In this document: piece by piece, positions 13,263 to 25,543 of the stretch | Position numbering within the stretch: the first letter of the stretch is position 1 | Layout of the letters: every line of letters starts with the position of its first letter | Assembly: GCA_051294375.1 (NCBI GenBank) | Contig: CM119263.1 | Coordinates: forward strand, 23,322,403-23,386,402 | Length of the DNA stretch: 64,000 nucleotides | DNA from: Paraspadella gotoi | Lineage: Eukaryota; Animalia; Chaetognatha | Direction: 5' to 3' | Notes under the pieces: generated by a model | What the model saw: only the letters and a program-made list of their open reading frames with translations | Told to the model about the DNA's origin: nothing | The model's database searches: none | Position numbers and translations under genes: made by a program

Positions 13263-13826
13263 TACTCTCCATCGAGTTTAGGAGTTCGCTCCCGGTCAAG
13301 CTGTCGGCTCGTACAAGCCAGAGCTCTTCCGGTCGGCCCACGTTTTCGCGCGAAATCCGGAAAGCGAGGTCATACAAATCCAGAAAAATCCAGTGGATGG
13401 AGAAGCGAGAAAGAAGTCCGACGCTGGCGTGCAAGGGAGGGGTAAGTATATCGAGGGAGAGGGATTGGAGAGATGGAGAGCGAGAACGATAATTAATTAA
13501 TAAATAATTATAATCCTTTAAGTTACACTTCTTTAGTGAAAAGAAAATCCATGGTAGGTTTTTTATTTTAATTTTTAACGATGGAAAAAAATTTCGGCGT
13601 CGTACTCAGTTATTTGCTTCATTTTATCATTCGAAGCAGGTCGAGATTAAAACACTACATCCCGTTCGTTTTTCCGCCGAGTCGTTCGACGCATCCAGTC
13701 GGTTTTAACATTTACTCCCGCGTAGATGGGATCCATTTTTTTTTATTTTACGTTTCGGCTTTACACGATTATAATTTAAAATCTTTTACTTTTTTTTCGT
13801 TTTTTTTTTTTTTTTTTTTTTCGTAC

Positions 13827-14226
13827 GTCAACGCATGGTCTAAATTTTTCGAACTGAAGTAGGCTAGTCGGGAGAGAAGGAGCAACTTTCGTGGCAGCCT
13901 CAAACCCTTGAGATGTATTGAGCTTCCCGGCTCCTGCGATAAGTGGCTGCTCCTGCTGCGGCTGTCGCCGCCGCGGCTTCTCGGTTGTAGATCCCTGCTG
14001 CCGCTGCAGCCTCGGATCGCTTCCTGTCAGATCGGTGGATGTGGCTGCGGACGGAGGAAGAGGAGAAACAAATTTTTTCGCAGATCTTTTTCCCCTTCGA
14101 TTATAGAGCTCATTTTCTTCTTCCTCCCTCTCCTTCTCTCCACGATCGCTCGTTTGAACCTTCTATTTTCCCGCAGTGTCGGCGGCGGAGTCAGCGGACG
14201 AACCCCTGCCGCCGCTGGGATTGATG
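13827..14226 (-). other. Probable 5' UTR exon of sprouty
   Basis: GC-rich block between acceptor ttttatttcAG (14228-14227) and donor GTacga (13826). Next acceptor gccAG at 13425-13424 opens the coding exon. Further possible upstream donors at 15512 and 16682. Confidence 0.45.
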
Positions 14227-14315
14227 CTGAAATAAAAAAGGCCGGAAACGTGGTTTTGAGGGAGGGTAGCAGAGAGAAATGTCGAAAACAACGTATAGAA
14301 GGAAAAGGAAAAGAA

Positions 14316-14347
<32 letters not shown>

Positions 14348-14762
14348 ATAAGGATATGGATGTAATAAGTAGAAGCATTAAGAAAATGAAATGAATTTAA
14401 GAAAACATAAAATTTTAATTTATAGCGGAGTTATATATTTAGAATTTTAGGATGAAGATTAAAGATTAAAGAATTCTCAGTTCCAATAACGGAAATTGAG
14501 GTTAAAAGAAAGACATAAATAATTACACATCTTAATTCTTTTCCACTTTGGACAAACGGCTTATTTAGTTATTACTGTTTTAAACATTTCACGCTATAGT
14601 TTAAAATTAAATATTCGTTTGATTTTAATTTATTTTTCTTTATAAACAATCTATTGGTAGGTATAGTTATAGGTAGGTATAAAACAAATTGGTAGTTGAA
14701 TGAAATAATTTTATTAAAAAAATTATATGCGTTTAATACGTTTATATTTTACATTTGACATT

Positions 14763-15070
14763 TTTTGATGCTAGTGCGGAGTACAATATAGTATTCCCCG
14801 ATCTAATACTTAAGGGAGTGGTCTTTTCATACAATTGAAACATTCTTTAAACTATTATACCACTTCATTGATAGGGAAGCCAGGTTCCCTGGGAATGAAT
14901 AAATAAAACAGTGAGAGAGTCTTGATTGAAAGCTTGCAGAAACCTGCTATGTTATTATCTTGTAAGTGTGATGAAGGCCTTAAACCACCAAAGCCTGTCC
15001 AAAGTCAGGGACAAGTTAGCTTATTTATTAAATGAATGAATAATTTTTATATTGGTTGTACCAATTTCAT
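14763..15070 (+). repeat. Dispersed repeat family B (~300 bp, unclassified)
   Basis: Close copy at 51627-51849 and an inverted fragment at 3661-3744. Confidence 0.85.
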
Positions 15071-17402
15071 AACTTATTTCCTATTCAGTCATTAATTTTT
15101 TATGAGTTAATTTATTAAATATCTACAGTCATTCAATTTTTTAATGTTTAATTTGCATTTTTTTACCAACTCATTATTAGCTTTCACTTTTTAAATCATT
15201 AAATTTAAATAATATGTATATTTTTTCTTCTACCATGGACTGATTTTATTATTAAATTAGTACTAGTTAATTGCAAGTTTTTGGTTGTATGTGTTAACAC
15301 AATTTATTTAATGAAAACAAAACAAGGAAATTTAATTGCTTAGCCAAAAAAAAAATATTTTGTTACATTTACAAAAATTTGGTCTACAAATTTGTTTTCC
15401 TGAAAGTACCGTCAAAAAGTGAAACGTCAGTTTGTTTTGCATAAGATAAAAAAGGTGAAAACTGATATTAAAACCATATAAGCCAAAAATATTAAGAGAG
15501 GAAACCAAATACCTCTGAATCCACAAAGTCCGTAAAAAAATATGAGACTCCGTTAAGACAAATCATTTTTTAGTAACTCTAGTTTCGTTTCGACTTTTTG
15601 TGAAGAGCCGGATTCATTGGTGAGGATTCGAAAATTGAAGCAAACAGTGATTTGGCTCTGTGTGAACGTTTAAATTTCTGGTTCAGAATCAACGTACTGA
15701 GATGAGCGTAGCCCAGTCATCTTCAAAAAATATTACTTGGCAAATCCTTTTTTTTTTCAATACTTTCTACATAGGCCCGATTCTTTTTCTTCGTCTTAGT
15801 TAAGGCTTAAACGCACGATTCCTACTCAGATCTGGCTCAGGCCCTAGAATAAAGACGCGTATTTCCTGCTGCCTTCCCTGGCTGCTTCTCCCGCTGCTCT
15901 TCTGCTACTCTTCTCATTATTGAACCCCTCTCCCCACTTTTACTTAAAATGGACCTGCTATAAATTCAAAATTGACCGAATTATCACAATCAATAAAATC
16001 ACAATAGTGTTCTGAACAGGATAATCTTCCGTTCGTTCGAACTCGGAATTCGACAAACTTCTGCTGCAGAGATTCTTAGGCGCTGCCTTTGCTTGAACAA
16101 ACAGGGAGCGGAAATGGCTGCAGCTGCTCCATCAACCTTCATCTACCGTCATGATCGCCTTTCGTTCCTTTGGTTGTGAGCTGAGCTGAAAATAATCAAC
16201 AAAAATTGGAACTGAAACGAAAGATTATTTTTTTGCAAAATTATTAATTATTGTACTTTTTAGAAAGTTACGTAATTCTTTATTTTGATTTATCTATAAC
16301 CATTATATATTATTTTAAGATAAAAGTAATAATTCATTGTAATTAGATACTTTAATTATATTATATTATACTTAAAACCAAACTCGTCTCTAATTTACCT
16401 TGATATAAAACTATATATAAAATGATATATTATAAAAAAAAATATTATATTATCCTTGTACCTTGACCATTGTATTCGAAGTTTTAAATTTACAATTATA
16501 TAAATGCGGTTATTTTGACATTAATTTATTATTATAACACCTGCTGTCACTAAATACTTTGATTTAAAGGTCACAGTATCCGCCCAAGAGGGACCTCCCT
16601 TTACTTTTTCCCTCCAAGAGGATTCTTTTCGTTGTAAGTCGTAGTGATCGTCGCGTATGTCGTCGTCATCTTTGTCATATACCTGCTAATGCAGCGAACG
16701 CTTTCCTCTTCCGGCGAAACAGCTCCTTTGAATTGAACCCTTCCTCTTCCGCCTCCCCTTTGCGGTGCCAGGGTTCATCATCCTCCCTCGAGTTTCTTCT
16801 TTTCTTCTATCTTTAATTATGTATCCCTCTTGTTTCCATAATGCCAGAGATATTGGTGGGGGTGGAGAGAAGATTTCCTTCTGCAATGAGCGTTTCAAAA
16901 AGAATTTTGAGGTCTATTGAAAGTCTTGTTTCATTGTTAAAAACAAAAGTTGTTTTTCAATTGTTCTTCTATTTAACACTATTAAGTCTATTTACGCGCT
17001 CCTTTAGAATAGCAAACACTGAATTTTCTTACTTAATTTCTTCGTTTATATATTTAAAATCATAGCGCCCGATGGGCGGTGCATTAATTGTGATTTGGAA
17101 TCTCAGATTTTATTAATCGCCTTAACTTAAGTCTTGAAAAACAGCCTTAGTAATGAGGTACCTTACAATTTTTTTTATTAAATTTCATAGCATTTTACTG
17201 GAATGATACTAGGCAGAATTTGGAAAAAAAAACTCAGCTAGTCGCGATTAGTAAGGACGAAAAAAGTTGAAAAAAAATTCTTTAAATAAGATACTAATTG
17301 TATAATTAAATTGATATTACTCTAAAAATTATCGATACTAATATTAATACTAATTCTGTTAATAATTTTAATTGGTTTAAGTAAATGAATTTGGTACAAC
17401 AT

Positions 17403-17990
17403 TAGCCATAGCCGATGAAATTTAAATGTATATAGTGTTAAAAAATTTATCATAAGCATAGATTATGGTATTAAAATATTTTTTGTCAAAAATGCTTTTT
17501 TCTGAGGGTTTTAGTCCAATTAAAATTATTATATTACTATATAGAGAAAATATTTTTTTTTAAATCTTAAAATCTTTTGATGGATTCTGATAGAGCATAA
17601 AAAGTTGAACAAGAAATATAATTACACCTTTTAAAAAAATATTATATTATCCAAGTGAAAATATAAAAAAACTGATAAAATTATCGAAAGATGATGATGA
17701 TAATTTTTTATAATTTTTATTATTTTTGACTCACTTATCATAAAAATATATAAAAAAAAATTATACTTTTTATGAGCTATCTGAATCTGATCTTAAAATT
17801 TAAAAAAATTTTGAAAAATTTTTAAAAATGAAAAAAAAAAATTTTTAGCCTTTACTATCTATAAATAAATATTCCAAAATTAATTACTAAGGTATAGAGC
17901 CATATAAAAAAAATTTTGTCCATTGAAAGTATTCTTAAAAATGTATAAATTTTCGTTTGAGCATATACTGTAAATTTTTGAGTGCGGCTA
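17403..17990. mobile_element. AT-rich non-autonomous DNA element, family D
   Basis: Begins tagccatagccgatgaaatttaaatg and ends gcggcta (short inverted ends). Homologous copies at 52374-52860 and 56372-56685; partial copy at ~47520-47870. Confidence 0.7.
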
Positions 17991-18401
17991 CCCTTACTAA
18001 CACAATAAAACATTATTCCCAGCGATCTTTTGTTATGTGATAAGTTTCATCGATATTGAGGTAGGTGGCACGCTGGTAAGCAATCAGACATAAAAAGATT
18101 TAACTTCGTAACTGACTGTAAAATCATACACTTAAAACCCTTAAAATAATTCATACGTCTATACTTATGGTGGTTGCCGAACGTTTAACTAAAGTTTCAC
18201 CAATGTGGAAATGTTTTAACGTGAGCTAATGTACTAGGAGATTTTGAAGAAAAAGTATTGAATTTTTAGTAGTTTCTTTCGGGCGAAACAATTTCAGTAG
18301 TTTAAAACTAAAACTAAAAAAGTCATAATATTTCACACGCAAATCATGGCGGGAGAACAATACTCGCGAATTGTGGTCGTACGTATGACTGACCAAAAAA
18401 A

Positions 18402-19920
18402 AAATCTTAAAAGAATAAGGATCGTCGCAATCGCATAAGAAAAATCTGGATTGACGACAAATTTTGATACTAAAAAAATAAAATTTGAGAAAAAATTAAT
18501 TTATAAACAGAAAGAAAAATTCTATTTTGCGATTGTTAATTAAAAAAAATAATAAAGTACAGTTTAATAATAAAGTACAGTTTCTGAAAAAAATAACTAA
18601 TCAATTAAAAAAAATAATAAAGTACAGTTTAATAATAAAGTACAGTTTTTTTAAAAAAAAAAACAACTAATCAGCAGACGCAACCCCTGAGAAAAAAACA
18701 AAAACAGACGATTTCTCAAAAACTATTGCATCCCACTGAGAGTTGTAAAATCAGGCCGAAAAAGGATAATTTATTTTTCAGCATTAAAAAAAAATTATAA
18801 TCATTTTTATTTTAACAAGTTTGAGCAAACAATGTCGGATCTGCCCACGATCATTATCGTTAATTAATAATTAATTCAAATTAATTATTTAATTAATAAT
18901 TAATTTAATTAATTAGGCAATTAATTAATTTGATCCAAAATGTTTGTTTTGATTAATTGACTAATTTATTAATTAACTAATTATTTGATTAATTAATACA
19001 TCTTGCATTTATATTTAAAATATGAAAAAAAAAGCATAATCAATTAGTGAAACAGGTTCTTTGTTTTTTCCATTGAAACTTGATTTCCAGTTTAACCACA
19101 CACTTTTTTACCCAAATTCAAAATCTTAAGTCAATCGCCCCATCCACTCATGAGTAATTGGTGTTCAAATAGTGAAATATATTTTTTAGTTTTTTTCATT
19201 TAAACTCATTTCCACTCGGACGATTCCATCAAAACTTCATATCAAGCTCAATCACACACTTCCCTACCCACACACAAAATTTCATTCCAATCCATCCATC
19301 CAATCACAAGTAATTGATGTTTTTTGCTAAGGTGGGACGGATGGACAGACGGACGGACATCTTTTTTTTTTTGCATAATTTATCATAATTCGATGTTCTG
19401 ACATGATATAAGTGAATGCCCGACAAGATTGAGGGGGCGGACCGACGGACCGACAAAGTGAATTATAGAGTCGGGATCTGCTAAAAGCAGATCCGAATAA
19501 AAAAGAAAGGCCAAATCGTTTTCGGACGGATCAGCATCGGCAGCAGCAGAGGGATCCAGAAAAAAAAGAAATCAAAAGCAGCAGGAGAAGCAGCAGGAGA
19601 AAAGAGAGAAAAAGAATAAGCCTCTGCAGAGCCAGCTGCAGACTCGTTTTTTTTCTCTATGAATCAGTGACTAGGGAAAAGAGAGAGGGAAAGAGACATG
19701 TAATTAAAAAAGAGAGAGAAAGAAATATAAAAATAAAAGAGAAAATTTGTTTGTTTTGATAAAACATAAACAAAACATATTTAATAACTGTCCAGACTCA
19801 ATTTTAAGCACATCGATGATGAGAAGCTGTATATAAATTTTAAGCTTCATACACCCAAATTTAATCATAAAAAAGCGATCTATAATTTGGAACGCTAAGC
19901 GATTGCGACGATAAAAAAAT
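18402..19920. mobile_element. Helentron/HINE-like element family 2 with a nested family 1 copy
   Basis: Both halves match 21068-21815 in the same orientation. Subterminal atcgtcgcaatcgc motif is inverted near the other end (gcgattgcgacgat). Confidence 0.6.
18814..19503. mobile_element. DINE-1/HINE-like non-autonomous Helentron element, family 1
   Basis: AACAAGT terminus, subterminal gtcggatctgc, internal (GGAC)n microsatellite and terminal hairpin ggatctgc-taaaa-gcagatcc, matching the DINE-1 layout. Other copies or fragments: 22560-23010, 23504-23720, 24458-24873, 35100-35168, 35202-35240, 36523-37331, 39857-40303, 45208-46240. Confidence 0.75.
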
Positions 19921-20275
19921 CAGAAAATTCCTGAATTTGATATTTGTTCAACTGGAACATTCCTCAATCATGTTTATGTTGTTTTGAAGAAAAAAAATCC
20001 CTTTCATTTCTATATAAAATCAGCTGAAAATTTTTTTTGTTTAGTAGTCTATTTGTCCTGGCTCGTTTGATCTCAAAATGTTGATTATTAGACAAGAGAG
20101 CTCTTCAGATGCAACACTAACAGAATCAAGCATTTTTATATATAGTTTTTACCGTAATTTTTCTAAGGTTTGGTAGATTTTAATGAAAATCGCCATTGAA
20201 AAAATATTCCTCGATTATTAAGAGCGACGTCGACTCCTAAGCTCATAAGGCGACGGAAATCAATCCAGAATCATT

Positions 20276-23200
20276 TTACGATTTACTTAGTAATAGTAAT
20301 GTAATAGAAATTAAGACACCCGTGCAGATTACAGTCATATCAATATCTCTTGAGGTCATCCCCCGGTTGCATTCGTCAGTCATGCATTTGCATAGGTGAA
20401 TTTCTTGAACTTGACCATCTTTCGTTCCTTCTTCCGAGTCAGCAGCACCGGAAATCTAGATAATAAAAACAGCCATAGAGCAGGAAAAGGGTTTGTAATC
20501 TTCTGTAGAAATGTTGTTACTATCAAACAATTTTTTGCTATATTTATCAGTGCTGATATTTTAGATGGGTTATTTTTTCAAAGATACTAGTCGACCACCG
20601 GGCTAGAACCCATCGATGCCTCCTGCACCAATAGCCGCTGATGAACGGTTGGTGGATTTTAGTCCACCATAATGATAACTTTTACAGTATATTTTTAGTT
20701 CATTAATTATAAAATTAAAAATAAAAAGTATTATATTATTTATTTTTTTGTCTTTTAAATAAGCTATGTTTCATCCATATGAAACAATAATTGTAAGAAT
20801 ATAATGCAAAAAAAAATTAATAAGCAAAATAATTTTTTTATTATTTATATAATTTTAAAAATTATTCAAATATTTTTTTAGTTTAAAATATATTTTTGAA
20901 AAGCTTTGCCTTTAATCAGTCTGTCAATTTGTCTGTGAATTTTACTTTATAAAAAAATTAAAAATATTTATACTAATAAATAATTAATAGATTAAAAATA
21001 AAAGAAATTATTATTATTATTAATTTAATATTATTTATAATAAATTTATAATATTATATCAAGTATAAAAAAAATCTTAAAAGCATAAGGATCGTCGCAA
21101 TAGCATAAGAAAAATCTGGATTGACGACAAATTTTGATACTAAAAAAAAGAAAATTTGAGAAAAGAAAATTAAATTATAAACAAAGAAAAATTCTATTTT
21201 GCGATTGTCAATAAAAAAAAATAAAGTACGGAAGAAAATTAAACTTACAGTTTTTGAAAAATAGCAAAATGATAACATGATTCAATTTTTTTTTTAATAA
21301 AAACGCAGAGAGAGAGAGAGAGAGAGAAAAGAAAGAAATCAAAAGGCAGAAGCAGCAGGAGAAAAGAGAGAAAAAGAAAGAGCCACTGCAGAGCCAGCTG
21401 CAGACTCAAAAGGCAGCAGCAGAAGCAGCAGGAAAAAAGAGAGAAAAAGAATAAGCCCTTGCAGAGCCAGCTGCAGGCTCGTTTTTTTTTCCCCATGATT
21501 ATGAATCAGTGACTAGGGAAAAGAGAAAGGGAGAGAGACATGTAATTAAAAGAGAAAAGAGAGAGAGAGAGAAAGAAATATGAAAATAAAAGAGAGAAAA
21601 TTTGTTTGTTCTGATAAAACATATTTATTAACTGTCCAGACTCAATTTTAAGCACATCGATGATGAGAAGCTGTATATAAATTTTCAGTTTCATATACCC
21701 AAATTTAATCATAAAAAAGGCGATCTATAATTTGGAACGACGACGACGACGCCACTTATGGGCAAAAGCGATACAATATCGTCGCAATCGCTAAGAGTTT
21801 GCGACGATAAAAATAATATTATATATTGTTAAATATTTTTTATTTAATAATTATAATCTTATTTTATTTTTATGGAGCTGGAGTCGAGCATTTTTATTTC
21901 GGCTCTGGCCAGATAAAAATTCTGGCTCCGGCTCCGGCAACAAAGCTCGACTCCGGCGGCTCCAGCTCCATATCCTTGGATCTATCAATCATTACCAGTA
22001 GCTGTGCATAATTTAATCAACTTGCATAATTTGGTCATCTGGCATAATTTGGTCAATTGGTATAATATGGTCAACTGGCATAATTTGGTCGACTGGTATA
22101 TTTTGTTTAACTTGCAAAATGTGGTCAACTGGCATAATTGGGTTAACTGATGTAATTCGTTCAAATGACGTAATTTGGTCAAGTGGCATAATTTGGTCAA
22201 CTGGCATTAATTTGGTCAACTGGCATTAATTTGGTCAACTGGCATAATTTGGTCAACTGGCATAATTTGGTCAACTGGCATAATTTGGTCAACTGGCATA
22301 ATTTGGTCAACTGGCATAATTTGGTCAACTGGCATAATTTGGTCAACTGGCATAATTTGGTCAACTGGCATAATTTGGTCAACTGGCATAATTTGGTCAA
22401 CTGGCATAATTTGATCAACTGGCATAATTTGGTCAACTGGCATAATTTGGTCAACTGGCATAATTTGGTCAACCGGCATAATTTGGTCAATCAGAGAGAG
22501 AGAGAGAGAAACTTTTAAAAATTGACATAAATATGTCCTTTGGTTTTCTGTTTTAAATTCTTTTCAACTCCTACGATTCCATCAAAAACTTATATCCAGC
22601 TTAATCACATAGTTTTCTACCCACACACAAAATTTCATTTCAATTTATCAATCCAATTTTTAATAAATATAATAATAAGTAAAAACGCTTCAAGTAAATT
22701 TTGCTTTGTTTTTTCCATTTAAACTCATTTCCACTCGCACGATTCCATCGAAACTTTATATCCAGCTCAATCACACTTTCCCACCCACACAAAAAAATTC
22801 ATTCCAATCCATCCATCCATTCACAAGTAATTGGAGTTTAATGCTAAGGGGGGACGGACGGATGGACGGACATTATTTTTGACATAATTTATCATAATTC
22901 GATGTTTTGATATGGTAAAAATCATTTACTGAAAAGATTTAGGGGGTGGACCGACGGACCGATAAGTGAATTATTGTCGGAATCTGCAGATAAGCAGATC
23001 CGACTAAAAATGAACTGATATTAGCTCTCGAGTAAGGTGTATAGGTATTTAGAAAGTTTGGTAGTAAGATTTGAACAAAATTCTTTGTTGAAAAAGTATT
23101 TTAGGTTTTTAAAAGCGACATCGACTGCTAATGAATAAAAAGAACAAAACATTTCACCTTAAAGGAATCACAAGTATCTAGCAGCGCATCGTAGGCACTT

Positions 23201-25543
23201 CCAAGAGGGCCTCCGCAACTTAGGATGTTTCTTCTTTTACCCTTCGAAAAATGAAAATTAATAATTTTATATCACCATAAATTACTTTTCAAACAAAAGC
23301 CGGCTTATTTTAACATTTGCCGACCGGGATTTTGCGGTTACGCAAAAAAAAAAAAACAAAAAAAAACTGATAAAAAATTATTTTGAAAACTACCCCTAAC
23401 CCTAACAACCCCGAATCCTTAACCCTCATAACCCTTAACCACTAGAGTGATGTGAAAATAATAACATTTTAGAAAATTAAAATTTAACATATAAAACATA
23501 AATAACAAGTTTGAGCAAACAATGTCGGATCTGCCTACGATAATTAAGCGGTAATCAGCTAATCAAATGATAAATCACAATATTTGAAAATTTTCAACTC
23601 GCGTCATTTTTTGAAATTGCAGAATTTTTTCACATTAATTAATTTATTAAAACATTTATTAGTAATCATAAATAATAAAGATTAAAGTAAATGCGACTCA
23701 TATTTTTTTCATTTAAACTCAATCCTTGGAAAGCAGTGAAAAAGCTTGATCCCTTATAAAGTAAACTAGGCTTGAGTTATTGCTGCATAATGTGATGATG
23801 CATTGTCTTTCATTTCAACAAAATCTTTTATTTTTTTTTTTTTTTGACTCGTTTGATATTTGTTTCTGATAATACATCCAAAGGTAAATAAAAATAATAA
23901 CTTTGCTCTCAGAAAGGTTACCCGTAGCCTTATAACTTTTATTGATACTTTATAATATAAAAAGAATATTCTGGAGCATCTACAGCATCAATAAATTTTC
24001 AATACCACTCTGTTTGGGACATATGAATTAAGATACATCCCTGAATCTATCCTAATGGAGATGATGCAATAACCATTTGACATAAGACTGAGAAAAGGCA
24101 GGGATTTTTAATAGTAACAAAAAGTAATAAAAAAGAACCGGAAATTAATATAAATAAAAAAAAGTGTAGATATGAAAAAGATAAAAAAGAAAGAAGCATT
24201 TTTTTGAACAACTCATTTTCTTTTGCATGGAACTCTTGTATTTTTTGTCGTACATAAATGAGAGCTCATATGAATCACAAGAGGCCAAAATTTCTCGATA
24301 TCTATTTTTCGATTCTTACATTAAAAATAAAATGCTGAAAAATAGCTGGAAAGTAACCGCGACAATTTTTTTTTCCATCATGGTAAATTAACTTTTACAT
24401 CTACTCTTCGCTAAAATTTTACCATATTATTTTTAGTTGGATCTGCTTATTAGCAAGTAGAAATGAGTTTAAATGGAAAAAACAAAAAAATCTATTTCAC
24501 TATTTGAACTGCCATTACTCATGAATAGATTGGGCGATGCTTCTTTTTCTTTTTATATTAAATGTAAATTCAAGATGTATAATTATTCAGTTAATCAGTT
24601 AATTAATCAATTAATTATTCCATCAATCAATTTAATAATCTATTAATTAATTATTCAATAAATAAATTTATCAAAATAAATCAATTAATCAATTAAGTCA
24701 ATCGTTATTGGCATTATTGTCGTCGACGCCAAAATCGTCATCGTCAGTAGCGAAAAGACCTAAAAAACATTTCGGATCAAATTAATTAATCGCCTAATTA
24801 ATTAACTAGAATTACCTAATTAATTACCACTAATGATCGTGGGCAGATGCGACATTGTTTGCTTAAACTTGTTTGAAAATGATTTTAGGGTTACTATTAC
24901 TTTCGCCGACCGGGGTTAAGGATGGTTTAGGGGTGGTTTAAAGTTAGAGGTGGTTAGGGTTAAATGGGTTTAAGGTTAGGGCAATTAAGGAATATTTTTT
25001 TCAAATTTTTTTTTTAAATAAATATCTTTAAACGTTTTTTTAAAAGACGCCAAAACCGCGGTCGGCGAAAAAATAAAATTTAGCCTAATTTTATTTTGTT
25101 GAACTCCCCAAAATAAATCCTTTAAAAATAGAAATCAGTGACTCACGCTGACTGTTACGTAAGTTTGTCTGTAGCAGTTAGCAATATCTTGTGAGCAAAA
25201 AACCGACTTGCAATCTTTGTTCATGTCCACAGACGTGAAACCTGGTTTTCCTTCGCCGGTTCCTGCATTTGGAACTGATATAAACAAATATATAAAAATT
25301 AATATTATAAATTATTTATGAGGATATGTATAATAAAAATATCACTCCCACTAACCATCTCCAAAAAGGCAGCTACCCCCATCTGCGGCTGCGAAGCATT
25401 TTAGGCATAGGGCTCTGTTAATAACCGCGAGGCAAACGAGAATTATGCTCAAACCTAAATAAATTAAAGTATTAACAAGAATTGAGTTATCAGATGTTGC
25501 TCGAGTCACAACTTCTAACTATTAACCCACCTACATGGGTCAT
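20276..25543 (-). CDS. GPI-anchored Ly6/uPAR (three-finger; quiver/sleepless-like) protein, 167 aa, 5 coding exons
   Basis: Exons 25543-25531, 25454-25356, 25274-25147, 23241-23158 and 20455-20276, all GT-AG with consistent phases (504 nt). Protein MTHVGLSIILVCLAVINRALC-LKCFAAADGGSC...HLCKCMTDECNRG...VICTGVLISITLLLLSKS has a signal peptide, LKC start, 10 Cys ending in the C-x-C-xxD-x-CN motif, and a hydrophobic GPI-signal-like tail. Confidence 0.88.
21068..21815. mobile_element. Helentron/HINE-like element family 2, in the last Ly6 intron
   Basis: Direct-repeat homology to 18402-19920. Subterminal gatcgtcgcaatagc and 3' hairpin atcgtcgcaa-tcgctaagagt-ttgcgacgat. Confidence 0.6.
21873..21969. 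repeat. Short GGAGC(C/T)-motif palindromic element
   Basis: Inverted ends ggagctggag ... ctccagctcc with internal ggctcc repeats. Confidence 0.5.
22005..22490. repeat. 18-bp tandem minisatellite (ggtcaactggcataattt)n, about 26 units
   Basis: Near-perfect units in the 3' half that degrade towards the 5' end. Source of the spurious MPVDQI/TKLCQL ORFs. Lies in a Ly6 intron. Confidence 0.95.
24895..25085. mobile_element. MITE with internal degenerate TTAGGG-like repeats
   Basis: Inverted ends tttcgccgaccg ... cggtcggcgaaa. Second copy at 35271-35492; related tracts at 23318-23442 and 54147-54290. Confidence 0.65.

Noticed and set aside
22005-22490. CRISPR array or repeat protein (MPVDQI / TKLCQL / NWHNLV ORFs)
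   Set aside because: Contiguous 18-bp units with no unique spacers and no cas genes, lying in an intron of a eukaryotic gene.
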